Assembly: GCA_947259975.1 (NCBI GenBank)
Contig: CAMYOD010000077.1
Span: 8,473-72,472 of the forward strand
Source: an uncultured Gammaproteobacteria bacterium
GTDB taxonomy: Bacteria; Pseudomonadota; Gammaproteobacteria; HyVt-429
Direction of reading: 5' to 3'
DNA length: 64,000 nucleotides
Shown piece after piece: positions 7,326 to 16,046 of this stretch. The number at the start of each line of letters is the position of its first letter. The stretch's first letter is position 1. The notes under the pieces were generated by a model. That model ran no database searches, was not told where the DNA came from, and saw nothing but the letters and a program-made list of their open reading frames with translations. The position numbers and the translations under genes were made by a program.

Positions 7326-8726
7326 ATGATGCGGGACCGCATTTCGACCCCGGGATGGATCATGGGAATTCTTGTCGCCGGCCTGCTAACAGTCGGTGTG
7401 GGATTCCTGTTCCTGAACCAGCTCGTGCCCCTGTTCGCCGACGATCACTGCCGGGCATCCGAGAGTTTCAGCATCGTCCGCGTTGTTCACGCCGCCTACA
7501 ACACCTATTTCAGCTGGAGCGGCCGGTTCCCGGTGATGTTTTTTAATTTTCTGTTCCATGCCGACGGTCACCGGCTGGTCGGCGTATTCGAGATCATGAA
7601 TGCCCTGGCACTGTGCGCGGCCTGTGTGCTGGCACTGCGGCTTGCGCCGCAGTCACCGAGTTTCTGGCACGGCTTCGGTCTGGCGATGACCTTTCTGTTT
7701 CTGTTCTGGTTCGTGCCCGACTTTTTCGGCGAAGCCGTCTTGTGGAAAACCGGCGCGGTGCAATATTTCTGGGGTTTGTTATTGGCCGCCGCCTGCCTGC
7801 TGCCGGTGTTGCGCGCCGCCGTCTACGGCGAGATCTACGCGCCGGGACGTCTGATTGCCGGTGTCTTTTTGTTCGCGGCGTTCCTCGGCGGTGCATGGCT
7901 GGAGAATGTCTCGGTGGCGGTAGCGGCGGTTTGGGCGGCGGCATTGGCGTATATACATTTCGGTCAGCGGCGTACCGTGCCCAAGGTGCTCAGCGTCGGG
8001 CTGGTGCTTTGGGTGACCGGTGCGGTGCTGTTGATCGCCGCGCCGGGCAACTATGTCCGGGTCGCGGCGATCGAAGCCCATATGCCTCTGTACGCAAAAC
8101 TGCTGCCACTCAGCGAGCGTCTGTTTCACCATCTGGATACCAAGTTGCTGTTGTTTTTTATCGGCTTCGTGGTGATTGCCGTTGCTCTCGGCACGGCCTC
8201 GCTGCGGCGACAGCTGGTGATGTCGGGAATCTGGTTTTCCCTCGCACTGCTTTCGGCCTATGCCATGATGGGCGCACCGAATATCGTCTTCGACGGACGC
8301 ACCAAGTTTCCAACCGAGTTCTTTCAGATTCTGGCGGTGGTGAGCGTCTTTCCGCATCTGGATGGCCGGCACGACGCCGACCGCTGGCAGCGTCCCGCGG
8401 CTGTTTTGCTGGCCGTCATGGCGATCGGGATGCTGTCGCTGGTGACGAGGGATTACCGCACGGTGACATTACGCTATGCGGACGTGTCGCGGCAGAACGA
8501 TGCGCGATTGGCGCAGGCGCGCTCGGAACGGGCGCGCGGTATCGACGAGCATCTAGTACCGCCGCTCGATTTCGGCGGCGGCTGGTCGACGTGGCGCGGC
8601 GACGTCAACCGGGGTCGTATCTTCGCCCGTGACATACGTCCGGATGCGGGCCACTGGGCCAACGCCTGTTTCGCCAAGGCGCACCGATTGAAGCGTGTGC
8701 GCCTGGCGCTGCCGGAGGAACGCTGA
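7326..8726 (+). CDS. Polytopic membrane protein, DUF6056/GT-C-like glycosyltransferase
   Basis: PLFADD, Y.SWSGRF, EAVLWKTGAVQY, APGNYVR motifs; many TM helices. Confidence 0.7.
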   Translation: MMRDRISTPGWIMGILVAGLLTVGVGFLFLNQLVPLFADDHCRASESFSIVRVVHAAYNTYFSWSGRFPVMFFNFLFHADGHRLVGVFEIMNALALCAACVLALRLAPQSPSFWHGFGLAMTFLFLFWFVPDFFGEAVLWKTGAVQYFWGLLLAAACLLPVLRAAVYGEIYAPGRLIAGVFLFAAFLGGAWLENVSVAVAAVWAAALAYIHFGQRRTVPKVLSVGLVLWVTGAVLLIAAPGNYVRVAAIEAHMPLYAKLLPLSERLFHHLDTKLLLFFIGFVVIAVALGTASLRRQLVMSGIWFSLALLSAYAMMGAPNIVFDGRTKFPTEFFQILAVVSVFPHLDGRHDADRWQRPAAVLLAVMAIGMLSLVTRDYRTVTLRYADVSRQNDARLAQARSERARGIDEHLVPPLDFGGGWSTWRGDVNRGRIFARDIRPDAGHWANACFAKAHRLKRVRLALPEER

Positions 8727-8727
8727 C

Positions 8728-9465
8728 ATGGTCGTGGTGATACCGTGCTACAACGAGGCAACGCGGTTGCCGGTGGACCGGATCGTCGAGGATTGTCGTG
8801 CGTTTACATCCCTGATCTTCGTGAACGACGGCTCCACGGATGACACCGCGGCGGTATTGGACGAACTCGCCGAACGCATTCGGCAAGCGGGCGGGCAGGC
8901 GGCGATCCACACCCTGGCCCGAAACTGTGGCAAAGGGGAAGCGATCCGTCAGGGGATCCTGCTGCATCTGGCCGGTGACGACGGCGAGCTGCCGGTGGCC
9001 TATACCGACGCGGATCTGTCGACGCCCCTGGGGGAGTTACCGCGCCTCGTGACCGTCCTGTCCGCGACCCACAGCGACCTGGTGATCGGTGCGCGGGTGG
9101 CGCTGATGGGGCGGGAGATCAAACGTTCGCTGATACGCCATTACGTGGGCCGTATCGCGGCGACCCTGATTTCCGAGATTCTGGCCTTGCCGGTGTATGA
9201 CACCCAGGCCGGCGCCAAGGTTTTCTCCGCGAGCGCCGCCCGTCTGTTGTTCCGCGACCCGTTCCTGTCGCGCTGGCTGTTCGATTGTGAGTTGTTACTG
9301 CGCGCGCGGCAGGCGGCGTTGCCGATCTACGAGGAGCCGCTGCGACGCTGGATACATCAGGAGGAAGGCTCCAAGATCCATCCCGGCACCTACGGCCGCG
9401 CCCTGGTGGAACTCGTGCGCATCGCCCGCGCCTATCGGCGCCGAGGTCCGCCCAAGCGGTCATGA
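8728..9465 (+). CDS. GT2 polyprenol-phosphate glycosyltransferase (DPM/DPG synthase-like)
   Basis: VVIPCYNEA, VNDGSTD, GKGEAIRQG, YTDADLSTP, YDTQAGAK, WLFDCELL. Confidence 0.9.
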   Translation: MVVVIPCYNEATRLPVDRIVEDCRAFTSLIFVNDGSTDDTAAVLDELAERIRQAGGQAAIHTLARNCGKGEAIRQGILLHLAGDDGELPVAYTDADLSTPLGELPRLVTVLSATHSDLVIGARVALMGREIKRSLIRHYVGRIAATLISEILALPVYDTQAGAKVFSASAARLLFRDPFLSRWLFDCELLLRARQAALPIYEEPLRRWIHQEEGSKIHPGTYGRALVELVRIARAYRRRGPPKRS

Positions 9466-10442
9466 CGAAAGGCATCCAGGTAGGCCGAAATTCGTTGCTC
9501 GAGCCAGTAGCGGGGACGCCAAGGCCAGGTGCCGTTAACGAAACCGGCGTGGCCACCGTGGCGGCTGAGTTCGAGGCGCACCGCCGCGGACAGTTCATCC
9601 GGCCGCGGCACCGTATCCGGCGTCATGAACGGGTCGTCCGCCGCGTGCAGGATCAGGGTCGGGACGCGAATGTCTTTGATGAAGCCCCGGCTGCTGCAAC
9701 GGGCGTAATAATCCCGCGCACCGTCGAAGCCGTGCAGCGGCGCGGTGGCACAGTCGTCGAACTCGTAGAAGGTCCGGCAGGCGGCGACGGCGGCCATATC
9801 GATAGGGACATCGGCACGGCCGGCGAACTTGCGCCGCATCAATTCCTTCATGCTGTAGACTAGGCGCAGCTGGTACATGCGCGAAAAGCCGCGTTCGATG
9901 CGCCGCGCCGACTTGTAAAGATCGAAGGGTACCGACACGGCCACCGCGGCGGCGAGCGGTGCGGCCTCGCCACTTTCCCCCAGCCATTTGAGTAACACGT
10001 TGCCACCGAGGGAGTAGCCGATCACTGCCAGCATGGTTTCCGGCTCCCGGCGTTGCAGGGTCGCGATCAAATAGGCCAGGTCACCGGTTTCGCCGGAGTG
10101 ATAGCCCCGCGGCAGGCGATTGACCTCACCGCTGCAGCCACGGAAATGCATCACCACCACGCGCCAGCCACGGCGGCTCAAGGTGTGACTCAGGCCGCGG
10201 GCGTAGGGCGAGCGGGAACTGCCCTGCAGGCCATGCAGAATGACCGCAATCGGTCCGTCAGTTTGCCCGGTCCAGTCGAGATCGATGAAATCCCCGTCCG
10301 GAAGTTCCAGGCGTTCGCGTCGGTAGGCGGGGCGTGGGCGTGGCCGAAACACCTTCTGCCACAGGGTTTGCACATGCGGATTGCGGCACCACCAGGCGGG
10401 CTCGAAGCCGGCGGTGGACGGACTGCTGGCGGGTGGGTTCAT
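9432..10442 (-). CDS. yheT: YheT-family alpha/beta hydrolase
   Basis: NPHVQT, LPDGDFIDLDW, HGLQGSS, GYSLGGNVL, DDPFM, GGHAGFV. Confidence 0.85.
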   Translation of the reverse strand: MNPPASSPSTAGFEPAWWCRNPHVQTLWQKVFRPRPRPAYRRERLELPDGDFIDLDWTGQTDGPIAVILHGLQGSSRSPYARGLSHTLSRRGWRVVVMHFRGCSGEVNRLPRGYHSGETGDLAYLIATLQRREPETMLAVIGYSLGGNVLLKWLGESGEAAPLAAAVAVSVPFDLYKSARRIERGFSRMYQLRLVYSMKELMRRKFAGRADVPIDMAAVAACRTFYEFDDCATAPLHGFDGARDYYARCSSRGFIKDIRVPTLILHAADDPFMTPDTVPRPDELSAAVRLELSRHGGHAGFVNGTWPWRPRYWLEQRISAYLDAFRHDRLGGPRRR

Positions 10443-10478
10443 GGCGCGCAACCCGCGCGCGTTACGTGCAACAGATAC

Positions 10479-10879
10479 TCAGGCTTGCTGCCGCTCGCGG
10501 ATCTCGTCGAGGGTCTTGCAATCGATACACAGGTTCGCGGTCGGGCGCGCCTCGAGCCGCTGAATGCCGATCTCGACGCCGCAGTTTTCGCAATAACCGT
10601 AGTCGCCCATCTCGATGAGTTCGATGGACTCGTTGATCTTTTTCAACAGCTTGCGTTCCCGGTCGCGGCTGCGTAACTCCAGTGACATGTCGTCTCGTCC
10701 TGCATGGCGTGGACCGTACGGGAAACCTCGTCCATCAGTTCGTCGCGCCAGCCTTCGAGAATCGCGCGGAAGTGGGTGCGCTGCTTGTCATTCATAAACT
10801 TCTCGCCCTTGCGCGCCTTATAGGGCTTCACACCATGAATCAGTTCGGGCGGCTGTTGCTGCTTTGAGCTGGCCGGCAT
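10479..10879 (-). pseudogene. dksA: dksA with internal deletion and frameshift
   Basis: N-half (..RTVHAMQDE) and C-half ([21 protein letters not shown]) are in different frames; intervening DxxDxA segment absent. Confidence 0.8.
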
Positions 10880-11010
10880 ATTGCTACTCCTGCGCATAAC
10901 GCTGAAAAACCAAGCGCGCAGTTGTACCAAAAAACGCCCTGCCAACGCAATACAGGGTAGAATCGCGCCTCTGAAATCGACTTTGACCATAGATTGAGTA
11001 GGGGTAATTC

Positions 11011-11799
11011 ATGGCGGCGACACACGCAAACACTCGCCTGCAGGCATTGATCTTCGACGTGGATGGCACCCTCGCCGATACCGAGCGGGACGGCCATCGG
11101 GTGGCGTATAACGCCGCCTTTGCCGAGGCCGGCCTCGATTGGGACTGGACCGTGCCGGTGTACGGCGAGCTGCTGGCGATCACCGGCGGCAAGGAGCGCA
11201 TGCTGCACTACATCGACCACTACCGCCCGGAGTTTCAGCGGCCCGACGACCTGGCCGGCTACATCGCCGATCTGCATAAGATCAAGACTCGGCATTACAC
11301 CGAACTGCTGCGCCGCGGCGGTATCCCGTTGCGGCCCGGGGTCGCGCGTCTGCTAAACGAGGCGCGGGCCGCGGACCTGCGCCTGGCGATCGCCACCACC
11401 ACCACACCGGCCAACGTGGATGCCTTGCTGGAGACGACGCTTGGACATCACAGCCGCGACTGGTTCGAGATCATCGGCGCCGGCGATGTGGTGCCGGCGA
11501 AGAAACCGGCGCCGGATATCTACGATTACGTGCTGGCGCATATGCAACTCGCGCCTGACGCCTGTATGGCGTTCGAGGATTCGGCCAACGGTTTGCGCGC
11601 ATCCCTGGGTGCCGGTATCCAGACCGTCGTGACCATCAATGACTACACCCGGGATCATGACTTCGAGGGTGCCGCGGTGGTGCTCGACCAGATGGGTGAG
11701 CCGAATCAGCCGGCGCAGGTGCTGGCTTCGCGGGCGCCGCTCAATGGGGTTTCGGTGCTCGATTTGGCGTTGATCGAGCGCCTGCATCGTCAGCCATGA
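11011..11799 (+). CDS. CbbY-like HAD phosphatase
   Basis: FDVDGTLADTERDGHRVAYN, LLAITGGKERM, KKPAPDIY, FEDSANG. Confidence 0.85.
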   Translation: MAATHANTRLQALIFDVDGTLADTERDGHRVAYNAAFAEAGLDWDWTVPVYGELLAITGGKERMLHYIDHYRPEFQRPDDLAGYIADLHKIKTRHYTELLRRGGIPLRPGVARLLNEARAADLRLAIATTTTPANVDALLETTLGHHSRDWFEIIGAGDVVPAKKPAPDIYDYVLAHMQLAPDACMAFEDSANGLRASLGAGIQTVVTINDYTRDHDFEGAAVVLDQMGEPNQPAQVLASRAPLNGVSVLDLALIERLHRQP

Positions 11800-12950
11800 C
11801 GCTACGCGCCGCCCGCATGGCGGACATCGAGCCATTCCATGTCATGGCGCTGCTGCAGCGGGCGCGGGACCTGGAGGCCGCCGGGCGTTCGATTATCCAC
11901 ATGGAAATCGGCGAACCGGATTTTCCGACCCCGGCACCGGTGATACAGGCCGGCATCCGCGCCTTGCAGGAAAACCAGACCTTCTATACCCCGGCCACCG
12001 GCCTGCCGGCGCTGCGCGCGGCCATCGCGCAAAGTTACGCGCCCACCGCGCGCCCGGATCCGGGCCAGGTCGTCGTGACGCCGGGGGCGTCGGGGGCGTT
12101 TCAATTGATCTTCGGCACGCTGCTGGATCCCGGCGACGAAGTGCTGCTCGCCGATCCGGGCTATCCCTGCAATCGGCATTTCGTGCGTTTGTTCGAGGGC
12201 CGGCCGGTCCTGGTGCCGGTGGACGCGGACAGTGCTTATCAACTGACCGCGGAGCTGGTGCGTCGCCATTGGACGGCGCGGACCAAGGCCGTGGTGCTGG
12301 CTTCGCCCTCCAATCCGACCGGCACCACCGTGCGCGGCGCGGCACTCAAGGACATCATCGAGACCGTGCACGAGTTGGGCGGGATGCTGATCGTCGACGA
12401 GATTTATCACGGTCTAAATTACGGACCGGCGGTGGAAAGCGCGCGGGAATATTCCGACGCGTTGTGCATCGTCAACAGTTTTTCCAAGTACTACGGCATG
12501 ACCGGTTGGCGCCTTGGTTGGCTGGTGGCGCCGCAGGCCTATGTGGACGATATCGATAAGCTGGCGCAAAACATTTTTCTCGCCGCGAGTACGCCGGCGC
12601 AACATGCGGCGCTGGCGGCCTTCACGCCGGAGGTGCAAAGCGAACTGCAGGCGCGCTGCGAGATGTTTCGCCAACGGCGCGATTACCTGTTGCCGGCGCT
12701 GCGGGAACTGGGCTTCAACATCCCGGTGGAACCGGAAGGTGCCTTCTATATATATGCGGAGTGTGCGGCCTTCACCGACGACAGTTACCGTTTTGCCCTG
12801 GATCTGCTCGAGCAGGCCGGGGTGGCGCTGACGCCGGGGCGGGACTTCGGCCACCATCATCCCGAACGGCATGTGCGATTTTCCTACGCCAACACCCTCG
12901 ATAACCTCAAGGAAGGGGTGCGTCGTCTCGGCGAGTTCGTCGCGCGCTAG
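11796..12950 (+). CDS. PLP-dependent class I/II aminotransferase
   Basis: IGEPDF, SPSNPTG, DEIYHGL, SFSKYYGMTGWRLGW. Confidence 0.92.
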   Translation: MTLRAARMADIEPFHVMALLQRARDLEAAGRSIIHMEIGEPDFPTPAPVIQAGIRALQENQTFYTPATGLPALRAAIAQSYAPTARPDPGQVVVTPGASGAFQLIFGTLLDPGDEVLLADPGYPCNRHFVRLFEGRPVLVPVDADSAYQLTAELVRRHWTARTKAVVLASPSNPTGTTVRGAALKDIIETVHELGGMLIVDEIYHGLNYGPAVESAREYSDALCIVNSFSKYYGMTGWRLGWLVAPQAYVDDIDKLAQNIFLAASTPAQHAALAAFTPEVQSELQARCEMFRQRRDYLLPALRELGFNIPVEPEGAFYIYAECAAFTDDSYRFALDLLEQAGVALTPGRDFGHHHPERHVRFSYANTLDNLKEGVRRLGEFVAR

Positions 12951-13702
12951 GCGTCCGTCGGCGAAGTCGGCTCCTGCAATTGATCGAGCCACAACGCGGT
13001 GGCGCCGGCCACCGCCGCCGGCATGACCAACAAATTCAGCAACGGGATGAGCGTCACGCCCATGACCGCGGCGCCGAAACCGAGCCCCAGGAGCCGGCGC
13101 TGACCGAGACGGCGGCGCACCTGCTTGAAACGGATGCGGTGGTTCTCCATGGGGTATTCCACATACTCCAGCGCCAGCATCCAGGCCATGAATACGGTCC
13201 ACAGGATCGGTGCCACGATATTGATTCCCGGGATGATGAACAGAAGCAGAAGCGGGATGGCCCAGACCAGGTAGTAGGAGAACTTGCGCAACTCGTTGAA
13301 CATGGCGGGCAGGAAATCCTTGAGCGCATCCATGACGCCGCCGGTGTCGGCCAACGATTCACCACGCAGTCTGGCCTCGACCTTCTCCGCGAGCAGGCCG
13401 TTAAATGGCGCCGCGATCAGATTGGCGACCAGGGTAAAGCTGAAGAAAAGCACCAGGGTGACCGCAAGTGCGAACAGGGGCCACAGCAGGTTGCGTAGCC
13501 AGCGCACCCACCAGGCGTCGCCCGTGGGCAGCATCCATTCCAGCAGGGCGTCGAAGAAATGGATGCCGACGCCGATCAGGGAGGCGAATGCGAGCAGCGC
13601 GATCAGTATGGGCAGCGCCGCGTAACGGCGCAGACCGGGTTGGCGAATGAGGCCGAAGCCGCGCCACAGATAGCCCGGTCCGCCCACCACCGCGCGCGCC
13701 AT
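12947..13702 (-). CDS. cysZ: Sulfate transporter CysZ (EI24 family)
   Basis: ANLIAAPFNGLLAEKVE, IPLLNLLVMPAAVAGATALW. Confidence 0.88.
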   Translation of the reverse strand: MARAVVGGPGYLWRGFGLIRQPGLRRYAALPILIALLAFASLIGVGIHFFDALLEWMLPTGDAWWVRWLRNLLWPLFALAVTLVLFFSFTLVANLIAAPFNGLLAEKVEARLRGESLADTGGVMDALKDFLPAMFNELRKFSYYLVWAIPLLLLFIIPGINIVAPILWTVFMAWMLALEYVEYPMENHRIRFKQVRRRLGQRRLLGLGFGAAVMGVTLIPLLNLLVMPAAVAGATALWLDQLQEPTSPTDA

Positions 13703-13710
13703 TCAGCGAC

Positions 13711-14154
13711 TCACAGCGGCAGGGTGTCGCCCAGATGTTGCGGCAGATCGTGCTCGCGCACGCTGGCTAGATCCTTGTTGATCTCGGCCTTGATCATGCC
13801 CTTGGTGGTATCGGCGAGCGCATTGCGCAGGTCGCCGAGAAAGCGCGGCGCGGCGACGAGTACCAGTTGCTCGAAGTCACCCTGCTTGCCACCCAGGTCG
13901 ACGATGCCGGCCAGTTGGCGTGCGAATTGCGCCGCGGCATGTTCGCTCGGATCCAGGGACGTGCCCATGGCATGCCGGCCCGCCCCCTGGCTGTCGAAGG
14001 CGCGGCCATGTTTGTCGGACGTGATTTCGCCGTTTTTCATGCGCCCCTCGGGGTGAGGGATGTCCTTGATGAGCTGGAGACCGGTGGAACGGCCTTGATG
14101 TTCGAATAGCCGTGCACCGCCGCGATTGGCGATGAGCACCCAGGTGACTGCCAT
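13711..14154 (-). CDS. Host-attachment (AtsE-like) family protein
   Basis: TWVLIANRGGARLF, FARQLA, LVLVAAPRFLGDLR, EINKDL. Confidence 0.8.
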   Translation of the reverse strand: MAVTWVLIANRGGARLFEHQGRSTGLQLIKDIPHPEGRMKNGEITSDKHGRAFDSQGAGRHAMGTSLDPSEHAAAQFARQLAGIVDLGGKQGDFEQLVLVAAPRFLGDLRNALADTTKGMIKAEINKDLASVREHDLPQHLGDTLPL

Positions 14155-14216
14155 GACTGACCTCGTATGTGGATGAATAGATGGGGACGTGGGGTCCTTT
14201 CGTAAAATGATATCAG

Positions 14217-15509
14217 CTAGACGCCGGCTTCGGTAATCCGCGCGGACAGACCGCCGGCGGCCAGCCGTGCGGCACCGACGGCCGACTCGTCGGAATCCGC
14301 CGCCAGCAGGGGCGCGTCCAGGCGGCGCGCGCGAATGCGCCCCCAGGCCGGATTACGGCTGCCGGCGCCGGCGCTGCGTATGGACGTGGCGCGCCCGGCG
14401 CCGAGGCGTTCCAGCAGGGCATAGGCGCGGGTCTCGATGTCGGCGATGCCCTCGAGCAGGCCCTGAAAGAAGATGCGGTCGTCCGTCGGGCGCGGCGTCA
14501 TCCGCGGCGCCAGTTGCGGATCGCTGATCGGAAAGCGTTCGCCGGGGCCGGGCAGGGGATAATAATCCAGGCCGGTCGGCGCGTCCGGTTGTAACTGCGG
14601 GGTCAGTGCCGCCATCTCGGCGGCGGAAAAGTACTGCTGCAGCACCGCGCCGCCGCTGTTGGAGGCGCCGCCGACCAGCCACAGGTCCCCCAGGCGGTGA
14701 CTGTAGACGCCGTAGGCGGGGGCGAACACGGGTGTGGTGGCCAGTAATTTGATCACCAGCGTGGAGCCGAGCACCGTGACTGCGTCGCCGGGTGTACGCG
14801 CGCCGCTGGCCAGAAACGCCGCCACCCCGTCCGTGGTGCCGGCCACCACCCGCACCGCGGACGACAGCCCGAGTTCGGCGGCGAGGTCGCTACGCAGGGG
14901 ACCGATGTCGCTGCCCGGGGCCAGCACCCGCGGCAACCAGGCAGAGGGCACATCGAGTGCGGCGAGCCAGTCCGGCCAGGTCTCGGCGCGCGGGTCATAA
15001 CCCAATTTCAGCGCGTTGTTGTAATCGCTGACACCGAAACACCCGGTCAGTTGCCCGGTAAGCCAGTCGGCCTGATGCAAGGCGTGCCGGGCCGGTGCCG
15101 TCTCGGTGTGGGCACGCAGCCACAACAGTTTCGCCAGGGCACTGCCGGCGCCGTGGGCGCCGCTGTCCGCTGGTGCCACTGCGGCGATCGCCGCCGCCTC
15201 GGCCCGCGCGCGCTGATCGTTGTACATGAGCGCCGGCGCCAAAGGCGCGCCGGCGGCATCGCACAGCAGCAGGCTGGCCGAGGTGCCATCGACGGCAATG
15301 GCGCGGATGCGTTGCGCGGCCACGGTGGTCACCAGTTGGCCGAGCGCTTCGCGGGTGGCGGTCCACCAAAGGGCCGGATCCTGAGTTACTTCGGGGCCGC
15401 GGCGTTGCGGTGGCGGCATCGCCACCACGGCCCGCCCCGCTTCAGTGCCGGCGGCGTCGATGGCCACTGCCCGGCAGCCGCCGGTGCCGACGTCGATACC
15501 GATAAAGAG
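14217..15509 (-). CDS. FGGY-family carbohydrate kinase (ribulokinase-like); true start uncertain
   Basis: LFIGIDVGTGGCRA lies upstream of the first GTG (15467); DGTS, SALAKLLWL, HQADW, GTTDG, LGSTL, GGASNSGG. Confidence 0.8.
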   Translation of the reverse strand, partial: LFIGIDVGTGGCRAVAIDAAGTEAGRAVVAMPPPQRRGPEVTQDPALWWTATREALGQLVTTVAAQRIRAIAVDGTSASLLLCDAAGAPLAPALMYNDQRARAEAAAIAAVAPADSGAHGAGSALAKLLWLRAHTETAPARHALHQADWLTGQLTGCFGVSDYNNALKLGYDPRAETWPDWLAALDVPSAWLPRVLAPGSDIGPLRSDLAAELGLSSAVRVVAGTTDGVAAFLASGARTPGDAVTVLGSTLVIKLLATTPVFAPAYGVYSHRLGDLWLVGGASNSGGAVLQQYFSAAEMAALTPQLQPDAPTGLDYYPLPGPGERFPISDPQLAPRMTPRPTDDRIFFQGLLEGIADIETRAYALLERLGAGRATSIRSAGAGSRNPAWGRIRARRLDAPLLAADSDESAVGAARLAAGGLSARITEAGV

Positions 15510-15579
15510 GGCCGAGTTGCGAGGGGCGAGGGGCGAGGTCGTTTCCTCGTAAGTATCTGTAATTGAATCGAGAGTCGCT

Positions 15580-15987
15580 TCAGTCGGCGGGATCGACCCC
15601 GGGCAGCGGCACGGGATTCGCTGGCGTCCAGCCGTCCTGCTGATGGTCCGCCACCACGCGGGTGTAAATGCCGCCGCGGACGTTGAAATCCGCCGTCAGC
15701 CGCAGGTAGCGGGGCGCGATTGCGGCCACCAGGTCGTCACGGATGCGGTTGGTCACTGCCTCGTGGAAGGCGCCCTCGTCACGGTAGGACCAGATATAGA
15801 GTTTCAGGGACTTGAGTTCGATGCACAGTTGGTCCGGCACGTAGTCGATGTGCAGGCTGGCGAAATCCGGTTGCCCGGTCTTCGGGCACAGGCAGGTGAA
15901 CTCGGGAATCTCGATCTGGATGGTGTAATCCCGCCCCGTTTCCGGGTTCGCGAAGGTCTCGAGCTGCTTGCTCGGTTTGGTAGGCAT
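15580..15987 (-). CDS. queF: preQ0 reductase QueF (short type)
   Basis: [36 protein letters not shown]. Confidence 0.95.
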   Translation of the reverse strand: MPTKPSKQLETFANPETGRDYTIQIEIPEFTCLCPKTGQPDFASLHIDYVPDQLCIELKSLKLYIWSYRDEGAFHEAVTNRIRDDLVAAIAPRYLRLTADFNVRGGIYTRVVADHQQDGWTPANPVPLPGVDPAD

Positions 15988-16046
15988 TTTCGCTCTCGTG
16001 TGATAGTTTTCGGGCAGCAAATTGTAAACGAAATCGCACTAATTTA

